Assembly (NCBI GenBank): GCA_022703055.1
Contig: JAKLEP010000001.1
Location: 90,850 to 154,849, forward strand
Length of the DNA: 64,000 bases
Reading direction: 5' to 3'
From: Candidatus Omnitrophota bacterium
Lineage (GTDB): Bacteria > Omnitrophota > Gorgyraeia > VGKH01
Shown one piece after another: positions 28,595-39,413 of the stretch. The translations under genes were made by a program, and so were the position numbers. The notes beneath the pieces were generated by a model that saw only the letters and a list, made by a program, of their open reading frames with translations, was not told where the DNA came from and did not search any database. Every line of letters begins with the position of its first letter. Within the stretch, counting starts at the first letter, position 1.

Positions 28595-29986
28595 ATGGAA
28601 GAAACAAAAATTTATTTAAGCGAGAAAGATATCCCTAAACAATGGTATAACCTGGCAGCAGATTTACCTACGCCACTTCAGCCGCCGCTTGGCCCCGACG
28701 GAAAACCGATTTCGCCCAATATGTTGGAAGCGGTATTTCCGGCAAATTTGATCGAGCAGGAAGTCAGCACGAAACGCTGGATAGATATTCCCAAAGAAGT
28801 TATAGAAATTTTATACCGCTGGAGGCCATCTCCTCTGCGCCGAGCAAGGTATTTAGAACAGTATTTAAAAACTCCGGCGCGTATTTATTATAAAGATGAA
28901 AGTTTAAGCCCTCCGGGAAGTCATAAACCAAATACAGCCGTTCCCCAAGCTTGGTACAACAAGCAATTTGGGATTAAGAAATTGACTACCGAAACCGGCG
29001 CCGGTCAATGGGGAAGTGCTTTGGCCTTTGCCACTAATCTTATGGGTCTTGAATGCAAGGTTTTTATGGTCAGGATTAGTTTTGATCAGAAGCCGCTGAG
29101 AAAAATAATGATGAAACTTTGGGGCGCAACTTGTGTGGCAAGCCCCAGTAGCGAAACCAAAGCCGGAAGGGATATTTTAGCTAAAACTCCCGATACTCCA
29201 GGCAGTTTAGGAATCGCTATTGCCGAGGCGGTAGAAGAGGCGGTATTGGATAAATCAGGCAAGACCAGATATTCTTTGGGCAGCGTCTTAAACCATGTGC
29301 TTCTTCACCAGACCATTATAGGCCTTGAGGCCAAAAAGCAACTTGCCAAGGTCGGGGAGAAAAAAGTAGATGTTATTATCGGATGCGCCGGAGGTGGAAG
29401 TAATTTTGCAGGATTATCATTTCCTTTTGTCTGCGATAAAATCCACGGCAAGAAAATTGAGATTTATCCTGTAGAACCTACGGGTTGCCCGACGATGACC
29501 CGCGGTCCATTCACCTATGACTTCGGCGATGTGGCTTGCCAGACGCCGCTTCTTGCCATGCATACCTTGGGCCATGGATTCGTTCCTGCTCCTATACACG
29601 CAGGAGGGCTGCGTTATCACGGGATGGCACCTTTAGTAAGCCAGGCAATCGTCGAGGGTTTGTTGACCCCGCGCGCCTATAATCAGATTAAATGTTACGA
29701 ATCTGCCGTTCTTTGGGCGAGGACTGAAGGTTCAGTTTGCGCTCCTGAAACAAGCCACGCCATTGCCTGTGTAATCGAAGAAGCGCTCAAAGCAAAAAAA
29801 GAAGGCAAGAAAAAGGTAATTTTGTTTAATTATTCCGGACACGGGATTATGGACCTGGGCGGATATGATAAATATCTATCTGGACAACTTCAGGATTATT
29901 CGATGTCCGAACAGGAATTGAAAGAATCTTTAGAATCAATTAAAAACCTTCCCAAGGCTCCAGTAAAGAAAACCGGGAAATGGTAG
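28595..29986 (+). CDS. TrpB-like PLP-dependent enzyme (TrpB2 class)
   Basis: 463 aa, longer than canonical TrpB. PLP-lysine region GSHKPNTA and the GGGSNFAG phosphate loop. No trpA or other trp genes nearby. Confidence 0.8.
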   Translation: MEETKIYLSEKDIPKQWYNLAADLPTPLQPPLGPDGKPISPNMLEAVFPANLIEQEVSTKRWIDIPKEVIEILYRWRPSPLRRARYLEQYLKTPARIYYKDESLSPPGSHKPNTAVPQAWYNKQFGIKKLTTETGAGQWGSALAFATNLMGLECKVFMVRISFDQKPLRKIMMKLWGATCVASPSSETKAGRDILAKTPDTPGSLGIAIAEAVEEAVLDKSGKTRYSLGSVLNHVLLHQTIIGLEAKKQLAKVGEKKVDVIIGCAGGGSNFAGLSFPFVCDKIHGKKIEIYPVEPTGCPTMTRGPFTYDFGDVACQTPLLAMHTLGHGFVPAPIHAGGLRYHGMAPLVSQAIVEGLLTPRAYNQIKCYESAVLWARTEGSVCAPETSHAIACVIEEALKAKKEGKKKVILFNYSGHGIMDLGGYDKYLSGQLQDYSMSEQELKESLESIKNLPKAPVKKTGKW

Positions 29987-30015
29987 GTGGGAACATTATA
30001 TCCGGAGGCAAGAAT

Positions 30016-30393
30016 ATGATCCCAAGAGAAAAAGAAGCTTTCACTATGACTGAGCTTGTGATAGTGGTTATGGTGATGGGTATTTTAGTTTCTATAGCGC
30101 TTCCAAGTTTTCTTCGTTCTGCTACAGTATCCAGAGCCAGAGATGCAAAAAGTGCCCTCAGTTTAATACAGGCAGGGCAGAAAATTTATTACAACAGGAC
30201 AAAAACCTATTTAAGTGATGGCAGTATAACAAATATAAATTCGAATCTGGGTTTGGACCTTAGAGAAAGTTATTGGGATTATTCAGCCAATAACGCTCCT
30301 CCTAATAATGTCGGTACGGCAACAAGAGGTACTTGTACTTATACGATTAGTGTGGCAGGGGTAATTACGGGAACGGCTTCTTGTCCGGAATAA
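30016..30393 (+). CDS. type IV pilin / pseudopilin-like protein (prepilin-type N-terminal methylation domain)
   Basis: I place the start at ATG 30016 (GGAGG RBS). Leader MIPREKEA, then FTMTELVIVVMVMGILVSIALPSF, the class III signal with a conserved Glu. The cleavage-site residue is atypical (A-F rather than G-F). Confidence 0.65.
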   Translation: MIPREKEAFTMTELVIVVMVMGILVSIALPSFLRSATVSRARDAKSALSLIQAGQKIYYNRTKTYLSDGSITNINSNLGLDLRESYWDYSANNAPPNNVGTATRGTCTYTISVAGVITGTASCPE

Positions 30394-30434
30394 TTATTGT
30401 GTTTCATGATTCGTAATAACAACAGGGGATATCA

Positions 30435-30617
30435 ATGAAATTTATTTGTCCAATATGTAATAAAGAGCTTCCTAGGGAATTACGCGTTATAATTCCTCAT
30501 ACTGAACGACACATCATCGATACAATTAAAGAGGAACATCCAGAATGGGTCGGTAAAAACGGAGTTTGTAAAAAGTGTTACGATTATTATATAAAAGAGC
30601 TAAATTCGGAAAGATAA
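30435..30617 (+). CDS. small zinc-ribbon protein (CxxC...CxxC)
   Basis: 60 aa with CPIC near the N-terminus and CKKC near the C-terminus. Weak RBS (GGGGA). Confidence 0.4.
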   Translation: MKFICPICNKELPRELRVIIPHTERHIIDTIKEEHPEWVGKNGVCKKCYDYYIKELNSER

Positions 30618-30652
30618 AAAACTGATAGTAGACAAATAATTTAAAATCTAAA

Positions 30653-33607
30653 ATGATTAATTTATTCTTGAAGGAGATTGTTTGGGGTTATTGCGATAAG
30701 CATATAAAGTCGCTTAAGCCGAAGGTGAATATTTATCTCTCCAAAGAATTGCCCCTCGAATCCATGCAGTATATACGTAAAGCTGCTAAGTCCGTAGCGT
30801 CAATAAATGGCTTCGAGGAAAAAATATCCAAGCTTTCAGATAACGAGCTTCGCGCCAAGACGGAAGAATTGAAGGCCAAGATAAAGCAAAAGACTTCACC
30901 CATTGAAAACAAGATTAAAGAATTGCAGGATTTTTCTAAGCAGACCCTTGATATAAATAAAAAAGAAGAAATCGAAAAAGAATTAGATAAGGCTAAAGTA
31001 GATTTGAAGGTTATCACCGAAGATATCTTGGATGAAATTCTACCCGAAGCTTTTGCCGTAGCCAGAGAAGCCGGCAAGCGCACTATAAATATGCGCCATT
31101 TTGACGTCCAGCTTGTCGGAGCGATGGCTTTGCATAAAGGAAAAATCGCAGAAATGGCTACGGGCGAAGGAAAGACGCTTGTGGCTACCCTGGCAGTATA
31201 TTTAAACGCTTTGACCGGCAAGGGAGTTCACGTTGTTACGGTTAACGATTATCTTGCCCGGCGTGACAGGGAGTGGATGGGTCCGCTCTATGAATTCTTA
31301 GGGTTATCGGTTGGTGTCATTCAGCATGATATGGATGCCAAATCAAGACGATACGCCTATAACTGCGATATTACCTACGGTACAAATAATGAATTTGGCT
31401 TTGATTATCTGCGCGATAATATGGTAATTAACAAAGAAGAGATGGTTCAGAGGCCTTTTTATTTTGCCGTGGTGGACGAGGTCGATAGCATCTTAGTCGA
31501 TGAGGCAAGGACGCCGCTTATTATCTCCGGACCGGCGGAGGAATCAACCGATAAATACTATATCGCCCAGCGGCTAGCCCACCAGCTTAATGGCAGGCGA
31601 ATCACCGAACAGGATCAGATTGATGCAAAATATAAAGGCGAAGATTTATCTAAAGGCTTCGATTACATTGCCGATGAAAAAGCCAATACTATTTCGCTTA
31701 CCGAGGAAGGCGAGCCTAAAGCTGCTAAGTTATTCGGCGTAGACAATCTCCATGAAATGGATACCATGGAATACCGTCATCACGTTATCCAGGCTCTTCG
31801 TGCCAAAGAATTTTTTGAATTGGATGTTGATTACGTGGTTAAGGAAGGCGAAGTTATCATCGTCGATGAATTTACCGGCAGGATGATGCCGGGCAGGCGT
31901 TGGTCCGACGGCCTGCATCAGGCGGTCGAGGCCAAAGAAGGATTAAAAATCCAACGCGAAAATCAGACGCTTGCCACTATTACTTTCCAGAATTATTTCC
32001 GTATGTATGAAAAATTATCCGGTATGACCGGTACCGCTTATACCGAGGCCGCGGAGTTTAAGGATATTTATAAGCTGGATGTGGTGGTTATCCCTACCAA
32101 TAAACCATTGGCCAGGACAAACTATGCCGATTGCATATATAAAACGGTAAAAGAAAAATTTAATGCCGTAGTTTCCGAAATTGAGCAGTTGTTTAAAACT
32201 GGCAGGCCTGTCTTAGTCGGTACGATTTCAATAGATAAATCAGAATATCTGTCTGAATTATTAAAAAGAAAAGGAGTGCCCCATCAGGTGCTCAATGCGA
32301 AATATCACGAACTGGAAGCGCAGATTGTAGCCCAGGCCGGACGATATCAGGGAGTGACTATCGCCACTAACATGGCTGGTCGAGGAACTGATATACTTTT
32401 GGGAGGAAACCCAGAATACATAGCCAAGAATTTGTTAAAACAGAAAGAGCTGGATGCTAATAGCGCCGAATATAAAAATGAATTGCAGCAATTGCTGAAT
32501 AAATTTCAGAAACAAACGCAAGATGAGCATAAAAAAGTCGTAGAGCTAGGCGGCCTGCATGTTGTCGGCACCGAGCGCCATGAGGCGCGGCGTATCGATA
32601 ACCAGCTGCGCGGCCGTTCCGGAAGGCAGGGAGACCCTGGCTCCTCCAGATTTTATGTAGCCTTGGAAGACGACCTGATGCGCCTGTTTGGCTCCGATAG
32701 AATAACTTTTCTTATGAATAAATTCGGCATGGAAGAAGGTCAGGTTATCGAGCATCCGTTGGTTAGCCGGGCGATTGAGATTGCGCAAAAAAGGGTCGAG
32801 CAGCATAACTTTGAAATCAGAAAACAGCTCTTGGAATACGATAATGTCATGAATAAACAGCGGGAAGTTATATATGGCCTGCGTCGAAGAATACTCGAAG
32901 GAAGCGATTTAAAGTCTTACATCATGGACATAATGGCAGATGTGGTAAATATGATTTTACAGCAGTATCTTTTTGTTGAAGGCGGCTTGGAGCCCGATAT
33001 CGAGGGCCTGAAAAGATATATAAAACTAAACTTGAATTATGAATTAAAGTTAAAAGACGAAGAATTATTGAGTTTATCAAAAGAAGATGCGTTGGATAAG
33101 GTGTTGGCTGAATTATCCGCCTGTTATGAAGAGAAGGAAAAAAATGTCGGCCAGGATAATATGCGTCAAATAGAGAGGCTTGCCCTTTTGCAAATAATTG
33201 ATTCGAAATGGAAGGATCATCTCTACGCTATGGATAATTTAAGAGATGGCATATCTCTGCGTGCCTACGCGCAGAGGGATCCATTAGTAGAATATCAGCA
33301 CGAATCATTCAATATGTTCCAAGATATGTATGATTCGATAAACGAAGAAGCCATACAGACTGTGTTTAAGATTCAAGAGGTATCTAAAGAACAAAGAAGA
33401 AGCATATTCATGTCGCTTCCGCAGGAATTTATACACAGCGATTTTTCCAGTATTCAGGAGGCGAAAGTGATACAAGATAATTTGCCGCCAAAACAGGAAA
33501 TTCCCAAATCCCAAGCCTTAAATCCCGAGACAGCACAGAAAATCGGGCGTAACGACCCCTGCCCATGCGGCAGCGGGAAGAAATACAAAAAGTGCTGCGG
33601 GAAATAA
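30653..33607 (+). CDS. secA: preprotein translocase ATPase SecA
   Basis: 984 aa. [21 protein letters not shown] (Walker A), [19 protein letters not shown], and a C-terminal zinc-binding tail [14 protein letters not shown]. Confidence 0.95.
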   Translation: MINLFLKEIVWGYCDKHIKSLKPKVNIYLSKELPLESMQYIRKAAKSVASINGFEEKISKLSDNELRAKTEELKAKIKQKTSPIENKIKELQDFSKQTLDINKKEEIEKELDKAKVDLKVITEDILDEILPEAFAVAREAGKRTINMRHFDVQLVGAMALHKGKIAEMATGEGKTLVATLAVYLNALTGKGVHVVTVNDYLARRDREWMGPLYEFLGLSVGVIQHDMDAKSRRYAYNCDITYGTNNEFGFDYLRDNMVINKEEMVQRPFYFAVVDEVDSILVDEARTPLIISGPAEESTDKYYIAQRLAHQLNGRRITEQDQIDAKYKGEDLSKGFDYIADEKANTISLTEEGEPKAAKLFGVDNLHEMDTMEYRHHVIQALRAKEFFELDVDYVVKEGEVIIVDEFTGRMMPGRRWSDGLHQAVEAKEGLKIQRENQTLATITFQNYFRMYEKLSGMTGTAYTEAAEFKDIYKLDVVVIPTNKPLARTNYADCIYKTVKEKFNAVVSEIEQLFKTGRPVLVGTISIDKSEYLSELLKRKGVPHQVLNAKYHELEAQIVAQAGRYQGVTIATNMAGRGTDILLGGNPEYIAKNLLKQKELDANSAEYKNELQQLLNKFQKQTQDEHKKVVELGGLHVVGTERHEARRIDNQLRGRSGRQGDPGSSRFYVALEDDLMRLFGSDRITFLMNKFGMEEGQVIEHPLVSRAIEIAQKRVEQHNFEIRKQLLEYDNVMNKQREVIYGLRRRILEGSDLKSYIMDIMADVVNMILQQYLFVEGGLEPDIEGLKRYIKLNLNYELKLKDEELLSLSKEDALDKVLAELSACYEEKEKNVGQDNMRQIERLALLQIIDSKWKDHLYAMDNLRDGISLRAYAQRDPLVEYQHESFNMFQDMYDSINEEAIQTVFKIQEVSKEQRRSIFMSLPQEFIHSDFSSIQEAKVIQDNLPPKQEIPKSQALNPETAQKIGRNDPCPCGSGKKYKKCCGK

Positions 33608-33615
33608 ACTAATAG

Positions 33616-35112
33616 ATGAAAAAAATAAATCCGTTATTACTTTGTTTGATGAGCGTAATTTTATTGGCTTTGCCGTTTTTTAACTGCCGGATTTGGCTGG
33701 CCAGCTGGATAGGTTTTTTGCCTCTATTTTTTCTTCTCAAAGAGAAAGGAGCGTTAAAATCTTTTGGCTGGTCTTATTTAGCAGGTTTTGTATTTTTTAT
33801 AAGCGTTATTTATTGGCTGATACACGTAACGATGCTTGGCTGGATAGTTTTAAGCATATACCTGGCTTTGTATCTTGGGGTATTTGGCCTGGCATTTAGT
33901 TTCGCCAAAAGACTAAAAAGCCTTTATTTTGTTTTATTTATTCCCTGTATCTGGGTCTGTATTGAATTTTTAAGATCGATTTTCTTGACGGGATTCCCCT
34001 GGGCACTCTTAGGCTATTCGCAATATAAAAATCTTTTTATCATACAGATATCCGATATCTGCGGAGTTTATGGTGTTTCTTTCTTATTACTATTGGTCAA
34101 CGCTGCAATCTATAAGTTTTTAGACGATAAAAAATCTGGCCTTAAGTATTTGGCTATTATTTTGGTTGTAGTTGGGGTAGTTTTGGGTTACGGATATTTT
34201 CGAATCAACCAAAAATTATCTTCAGATAGTTTGCGCGTGTCGGTTATCCAAGGCAATATCCCCCAGGATGAAAAGTGGCAGTATGAGCTAGCGCCTTTTA
34301 TTTTAGGCAGGCACATGACGCTTTCGAGGCTTGCTTCCGAGGAGAAGCCTGATATTATTATCTGGCCAGAGACATCTTTGCCCGGGGCATTGGAAGAAGA
34401 CCAGTTTTTGATTGAGAATATTAATTTCTTGGCCAAGGATATCAAGACCAAGCTTTTGATAGGCGCAGTTTCCTATCGGGAAGGCTTATATTATAACAGC
34501 GCGGCATTAATTTCCAAGGAAGGCGAAGTAATGAGTCGTTACGACAAATTGCATCTTGTTCCGTTCGGCGAGTATCTTCCTTTCCCGAGGTTTTTTTCTT
34601 TTGTTTATAACATCGCGCCGGCTCCGATCGGAGATTTCGCATTCGGCAAAGATCATACGGTATTTTCATTAGGAGAAAATAAATCATTTTCCGTGCTTAT
34701 TTGTTTTGAGGATGTCTTTAGCTACTTATCCCGTGATTTTGTCAAAAGAGGCGCAAGATTCCTGGTTAATATCACTAACGACGCCTGGTTTAAGAAAACA
34801 ACCGAGCCTTATCAGCATCTGTCTAGTTCGGTTTTTAGGGCGATAGAAAACAGGGTGTGGGTAGTGCGCGCGGCAAACACCGGGGTGTCTTGCTTTATCA
34901 GCCCTAAAGGCAGTGTCATTGCGAGCGTTCAGGATAAAAATACAAAAGATGAAACCTTTATATCCGGATTTAAAACTCAAAATATTACTTTAGAAAACAG
35001 AAAGACTTTATATTCCAGGTTTGGAGATTTATTCGTTCTGGCTTGCTTTGTTGTTTCGTTGCTAATTTTATTGTTAACGATAGGAGGCAAACATGGATAT
35101 CAAGACCGTTAA
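33616..35112 (+). CDS. lnt: apolipoprotein N-acyltransferase
   Basis: 498 aa. Polytopic N-terminal region plus a CN-hydrolase domain (IIWPETS, LICFED with the catalytic Cys, NITNDAWF). Confidence 0.85.
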   Translation: MKKINPLLLCLMSVILLALPFFNCRIWLASWIGFLPLFFLLKEKGALKSFGWSYLAGFVFFISVIYWLIHVTMLGWIVLSIYLALYLGVFGLAFSFAKRLKSLYFVLFIPCIWVCIEFLRSIFLTGFPWALLGYSQYKNLFIIQISDICGVYGVSFLLLLVNAAIYKFLDDKKSGLKYLAIILVVVGVVLGYGYFRINQKLSSDSLRVSVIQGNIPQDEKWQYELAPFILGRHMTLSRLASEEKPDIIIWPETSLPGALEEDQFLIENINFLAKDIKTKLLIGAVSYREGLYYNSAALISKEGEVMSRYDKLHLVPFGEYLPFPRFFSFVYNIAPAPIGDFAFGKDHTVFSLGENKSFSVLICFEDVFSYLSRDFVKRGARFLVNITNDAWFKKTTEPYQHLSSSVFRAIENRVWVVRAANTGVSCFISPKGSVIASVQDKNTKDETFISGFKTQNITLENRKTLYSRFGDLFVLACFVVSLLILLLTIGGKHGYQDR

Positions 35113-35575
35113 GCTGGATAAACCGGAAGACGTGAATATTATTGTAGGCCAGTCGCATTTTATTAAGACGGTTGAGGATTTATATGAGGCGTTGGTGGGT
35201 TCATCCACATCAATTAAATTTGGTATTGGTTTTTGTGAATCATCTGGGCCATGCCTAGTGCGCTGCGAGGGAAATGACGAAGCATTAAAGAAATTGGCGC
35301 AAGAACTAGCATTCAAAATCGGCGCGGGCCATAGTTTTATTATAGTGCTTCGCGATGCTTTTCCCATAAATGTCTTGAATGCGGTTAAAAACGTTCAAGA
35401 GGTTTGCTCGATTTATTGCGCAACCGCCAATACAGTTGAAATTTTACTGGCTGAGACCGAGCAGGGAAGGGGCATATTAGGAGTTATCGATGGATACAAG
35501 CCTAAAGGAATCGAAACCGATAAAGATGTCAAGGCCAGAAAAGATCTGCTGCGCGAATTTAAATATAAGTTATAG
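35093..35575 (+). CDS. adenosine-specific kinase family (PF04008-like) protein
   Basis: 160 aa. The family assignment comes from remembered sequence features (IVGQSHFIKTVEDL..., ATAN, GVIDG) and is not verified. Confidence 0.5.
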   Translation: MDIKTVKLDKPEDVNIIVGQSHFIKTVEDLYEALVGSSTSIKFGIGFCESSGPCLVRCEGNDEALKKLAQELAFKIGAGHSFIIVLRDAFPINVLNAVKNVQEVCSIYCATANTVEILLAETEQGRGILGVIDGYKPKGIETDKDVKARKDLLREFKYKL

Positions 35576-35655
35576 GAAACACTATTGTTATAAAATAAAT
35601 TTTTCTTGAATTTGCTTCGAGTTTTGTTATAATCAGAACGCAATATGGGAAGGCT

Positions 35656-36573
35656 ATGGATTCCAAGCAAATCAGTAAATATTTTAAGCGCAGTCTTGGC
35701 CGTTTCGGCCTTTCGTTTAGTCTTTTGATAATGAGGTATTTGCCCGAGAGGGCAGTCTATGGATTTGCTAATTTTGTAGGTAATTTAGGGTATGTCTTAG
35801 CGGCTAAGAAACGCCAAAATGCCCTGGAAAGCCTAGATATAGCTTTTGGCAAAGAAAAAGATGCAAAAGAAATGAGGCGGATAGCCAAGGCGTCTTTCGT
35901 TTATATGGCCAGAGGCGTTTTAGAATTGCTGCACGTAGTATTTCATCCTAACAAGATTAGGCAAAAAGTAACCATAGAAGGCAAAGATAATTTAGATAGG
36001 GCTTTATCAGAAGGAAAAGGCGCCGTGTGTGTAACCGCACACTTTGGTAATTTTCCTTTGATGCTGGTAAAGTTTGCCGACGAAGGTTATAAGACTAATT
36101 CGGTTATGCGCAATATGCGCGATCCCCAGATTGAAGTTATATTTCAGGAAAAAAGAACACAGTTGGGGATTAGAACAATTCATTCGCAACCCAGGCAGCA
36201 ATGTGTCAGCGATTGTATCAAGTCGTTACGCGATAACGAACTGCTCTTTATACAATTGGATCAGAATTTCGGCACGGGCGGAGTATTCGTTGATTTTTTT
36301 GGCACGCAGGCGGCTACCGCAACCGGTCCGGTTGTTTTTGCCATGCGAACCGGCTCGCCTTTATTGCCGGTGTTTATAGTACGTAACCAAGATAATACCC
36401 ATAGAATAATAATCGAGCCGCCGTTACACATAGAAGAAAAGGCAACCAGCGACGAGACGATTTTAGTCAATGTCGCGCGGATTACAAAAATAATTGAGTC
36501 TTATATAAGAAAATTCCCCGAGGAATGGGGCTGGATTCACCGGCGCTGGAAAAGCAGGCCAGTTTCAAATTAA
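35656..36573 (+). CDS. lysophospholipid/lipid A late acyltransferase (LpxL/HtrB family)
   Basis: 305 aa. N-terminal membrane anchor, the HFGNFP variant of the HxxxxD/E acyltransferase motif region, and C-terminal FPEEWGWIHRRWK, typical of this family. Confidence 0.75.
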   Translation: MDSKQISKYFKRSLGRFGLSFSLLIMRYLPERAVYGFANFVGNLGYVLAAKKRQNALESLDIAFGKEKDAKEMRRIAKASFVYMARGVLELLHVVFHPNKIRQKVTIEGKDNLDRALSEGKGAVCVTAHFGNFPLMLVKFADEGYKTNSVMRNMRDPQIEVIFQEKRTQLGIRTIHSQPRQQCVSDCIKSLRDNELLFIQLDQNFGTGGVFVDFFGTQAATATGPVVFAMRTGSPLLPVFIVRNQDNTHRIIIEPPLHIEEKATSDETILVNVARITKIIESYIRKFPEEWGWIHRRWKSRPVSN

Positions 36574-36601
36574 ACACAGATTATTTAAAAAGGAGGTAGA
36601 G

Positions 36602-36787
36602 GTGGCAGAGGAAAAGAAGAATGTTTTCGCGACGGTTTTTAAGCTAATCTTAGGCATTGCCTTTATAGTTCTGGGAGTTATGGCAGTCGTTGGATGGTGG
36701 GCGAGCTTGGTCGAGGTTTTTAAGGGCTGTATAGGTTTATTCTTAATTTTGGCAGGCTTGATTACTTTAGCCATAGCCAAAGAATAA
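36602..36787 (+). CDS. small two-helix membrane protein (hypothetical)
   Basis: 61 aa with a GTG start and an AGGAGG RBS 5 nt upstream. Two hydrophobic helices. No family recognised. Confidence 0.4.
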   Translation: MAEEKKNVFATVFKLILGIAFIVLGVMAVVGWWASLVEVFKGCIGLFLILAGLITLAIAKE

Positions 36788-36920
36788 GCAAGTATTTTTG
36801 ATAGCTGATTTTTGATTTATTAAAAGGGTGGTTTCAGGAAAAATGAATGTTTTCCCGGATCACCCTTTAATGTCTTATTTATAATAACCAGGGCATTCAT
36901 TCCAAAAACAGGAGAGCAAT

Positions 36921-37487
36921 ATGATTATGCAACAAATTTTAAACAGAGATTTAATTAAAGACAAAGTTTTTTGCAGAGCATTTGGGGTTTTTGTTTTTGC
37001 TATCTTGACATGCCTTGGTGCCTTTATCCGGATACCATTACCATTTAGCCCGGTTCCGCTGACTTTGCAGACTCTTTTTGTTATTTTTTCGGGCTTGTTT
37101 TTAGGCCCCATCGGAGCCGTAAGCCAAGTGTTTTATATTGTTTTGGGGATTTGGGGCTTGCCGATTTTTACTAATGCCGGATTCGGGATTTCTTATCTCT
37201 TGGGTCCGACCGGAGGTTATTTGTTTGGGTTTGTTTTAACGGCATTGATCCTCGGGATTATTTCTAAAACTTTAACTACTAATTTTAAGTTGCTTGTAAT
37301 TATTATTTTATCTTCCTTATTGATTTTATTTTGCGGGTCAATTTGGCTGGCATTTTTGTTAAGGATTAGTTTTGGCAGAGCCTTATTTTTAGGTATGCTG
37401 CCGTTTATCCCTGGGGATATTGTTAAATCGTTATTGGCTTATTCTATTTATAAGAAAATCCGTCCGCGAATACAAGAAATATTTTAA
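36921..37487 (+). CDS. bioY: biotin transporter BioY (ECF S-component type)
   Basis: 188 aa, about 6 TM helices. PVPLTLQTLFVIFSGLFLGP and GPTGGYLFGF are BioY hallmarks. Confidence 0.8.
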   Translation: MIMQQILNRDLIKDKVFCRAFGVFVFAILTCLGAFIRIPLPFSPVPLTLQTLFVIFSGLFLGPIGAVSQVFYIVLGIWGLPIFTNAGFGISYLLGPTGGYLFGFVLTALILGIISKTLTTNFKLLVIIILSSLLILFCGSIWLAFLLRISFGRALFLGMLPFIPGDIVKSLLAYSIYKKIRPRIQEIF

Positions 37488-37516
37488 CCGAGCGTTTAAA
37501 AAATCAGGAGGTCTGA

Positions 37517-37957
37517 ATGAAGGTCAAGGAAATAATGTCTAAACAAGTTAAAAGCCTTTCTCCCGATATGAGCGCGAGGGAAGCCTTTGATGTTCTTTCG
37601 GAAATGGAAATCAGCGGCCTCCCTGTAATAGATAAAGAAGGCAAACTTGTAGGCATGTTCACTGAAAAGGATGTGCTTTCTCATATTTTGCCTAGCTATA
37701 TCCAAAAGGTAGGTAAGTTTATTTACGAGCAGAATCCCAAGTCTACCAAGAAGAAAATTGAGGGCTTAAGTGACATAACGGTTAGCAAGCTTATGCGCAA
37801 AGAAGTTGTGGTAGTAGATGAAGATACGACGCTTTGTGAAGTCGCAAGAACAATGTTGACTCAGCAGGCCCGTCGGGTCCCGGTGGTTGACAAACAGGGA
37901 CACGTAATAGGTATTGTTGCAAGGTGCGACATACTAAAGGCCATGGCAAAAGAATAA
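37517..37957 (+). CDS. CBS-pair domain protein
   Basis: 146 aa. Two CBS repeats (GLPVIDKEGKLVGMFTEKDVL and RVPVVDKQGHVIGIVARCDIL). AGGAGG RBS. Confidence 0.8.
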   Translation: MKVKEIMSKQVKSLSPDMSAREAFDVLSEMEISGLPVIDKEGKLVGMFTEKDVLSHILPSYIQKVGKFIYEQNPKSTKKKIEGLSDITVSKLMRKEVVVVDEDTTLCEVARTMLTQQARRVPVVDKQGHVIGIVARCDILKAMAKE

Positions 37958-37985
37958 GAAATTAAATCTCAACTAGGAGTTTTTA

Positions 37986-39368
37986 ATGCTGAAAAAATTT
38001 ATCATACTTGTAGCCATATCATTGGGCTTAGGTTTCTTAAGCAGGCACGTTGGTCTGAATTTTAATCAGTCAACTGCCATATCCATATTTTCGGTTTCTG
38101 TTTTGGGGACACTTTTCTTTTGGGATTTCCGCCTAGGATTCGTTTTCTTAGGGACATCAGTCCTTTTGATGACCAGGACTACTAACATCGAAAATGTAAT
38201 CAAGTTTGCCTCTTTGGATGTAATACTTTTTTTAGTCGGTATGATGGTTTTGGTCGGGCTTCTTAAAGAGGCAGGATTTTTCGCCTGGATAGTCCAGCTT
38301 ATACTGCGTATAAGGAATATGACCGCAGTTAAATTCGTGGTAATTATTTCAGTAATATCTGCATTGTTGTCTACCATGACTTCGGAAGTTGTATCTATCA
38401 TTTTTATGGTCGCGGCGGTGTTCGAAATCTGCGATTATTTTGAAGTTGATGCCGTACCTTACCTGATAATCTCTATCCTGGCTACGAATATCGGAAGCGC
38501 GGCCACCGTTCTGGGTAACCCCATAGGTATTTTAATTGCTACCAAGGCAGGTTTGACTTTTGAAGATTTTATAATCAAAGCATTTCCTTTGGCTGCGGTA
38601 TGTCTGTTTGCCTCAATATTTTTGCTGGTAATTTGGTACAGGAAAACAAATGCGGAGCTTGATAAACATATAAAAGAGCTCGGCGCCAATGAGATGCTGA
38701 TAAAACTTATTTCTATCCCTCCGGATAAGGAATTAAAGATAAGTTTAGCGATTTTCGGCGCAACCTTATTTTGTATCTCTCTGCATCATCGTTTAGAATT
38801 ACTTTGGAATCTGGAGCCTAATACGATATTGCTTATGATGCCGTTGCTTTCAAGCGGGGCTGTTATGATCTGGAAGTGGAGAAGGGCCAGAGAATATGTT
38901 GAGAAAGACGTAGAATGGTGGACCTTATTGTTTTTCATGCTTCTTTTTGCCCAGGCAGGGACTCTTAAATATACAGGAGCCACAGATGTGTTGGCTCAAA
39001 AATTAGCCGGATTGGCCGGCAATAGTGTTTCGGTGTTAATTGGCATAATCCTCTGGATTTCTACTATCGGTTCAAGTATTTTAGATAACGTGGTTTTAGT
39101 CGCTGCATTTATTCCCGTTATACAAAGTTTTCAGAACATGAATTTTGATTTACAGCCTTTGTGGTGGGCGCTTTTGTTTGGCGGCTGCCTTGGAGGGAAT
39201 ATCACTTTGGTCGGCTCAACCGCGAACATTGTCGCTTTGGGAATATTAGAAAAAGAAAAGAATATCCGCATGACTTTTTTTAGATGGTTTGGCGTTGGGC
39301 TTTCGGTGGGGATTCTTACAACCGTCATTGTTTGGATAGCTTTAGTATTTTTGCCTTTTTACCATTAA
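37986..39368 (+). CDS. ArsB/NhaD-superfamily (CitMHS/SLC13-like) anion permease, copy 1
   Basis: 460 aa, polytopic. GSAATVLGNPIG and GGNITLVGSTANIVALG hairpin-type motifs. Confidence 0.75.
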   Translation: MLKKFIILVAISLGLGFLSRHVGLNFNQSTAISIFSVSVLGTLFFWDFRLGFVFLGTSVLLMTRTTNIENVIKFASLDVILFLVGMMVLVGLLKEAGFFAWIVQLILRIRNMTAVKFVVIISVISALLSTMTSEVVSIIFMVAAVFEICDYFEVDAVPYLIISILATNIGSAATVLGNPIGILIATKAGLTFEDFIIKAFPLAAVCLFASIFLLVIWYRKTNAELDKHIKELGANEMLIKLISIPPDKELKISLAIFGATLFCISLHHRLELLWNLEPNTILLMMPLLSSGAVMIWKWRRAREYVEKDVEWWTLLFFMLLFAQAGTLKYTGATDVLAQKLAGLAGNSVSVLIGIILWISTIGSSILDNVVLVAAFIPVIQSFQNMNFDLQPLWWALLFGGCLGGNITLVGSTANIVALGILEKEKNIRMTFFRWFGVGLSVGILTTVIVWIALVFLPFYH

Positions 39369-39413
39369 AAATAATAATAGAAGTTTTAACCAACCAATAG
39401 ACAGGAAGTTAGA

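Noticed and set aside
30733-31221. 162-aa minus-strand ORF
   Set aside because: Antisense to secA, with no motifs. The same reasoning applies to the antisense ORFs at 27909-28310 (in prfB), 49345-49824 (in hppA), 55143-55661 (in the AsrA-like gene), 771-1043, 3884-4225, 38066-38401, 62448-62867 and the other short minus-strand track entries.
36790-36920. 133-nt gap upstream of bioY with an imperfect long hairpin (AAAGGGTG ... CACCCTTT, about 36823-36868)
   Set aside because: Considered as a riboswitch or biotin-responsive element. I recognise no known riboswitch core or BirA operator (TTGTAAACC-type). The hairpin is most simply a weak terminator for the preceding small ORF. Support is too weak to list as a feature.
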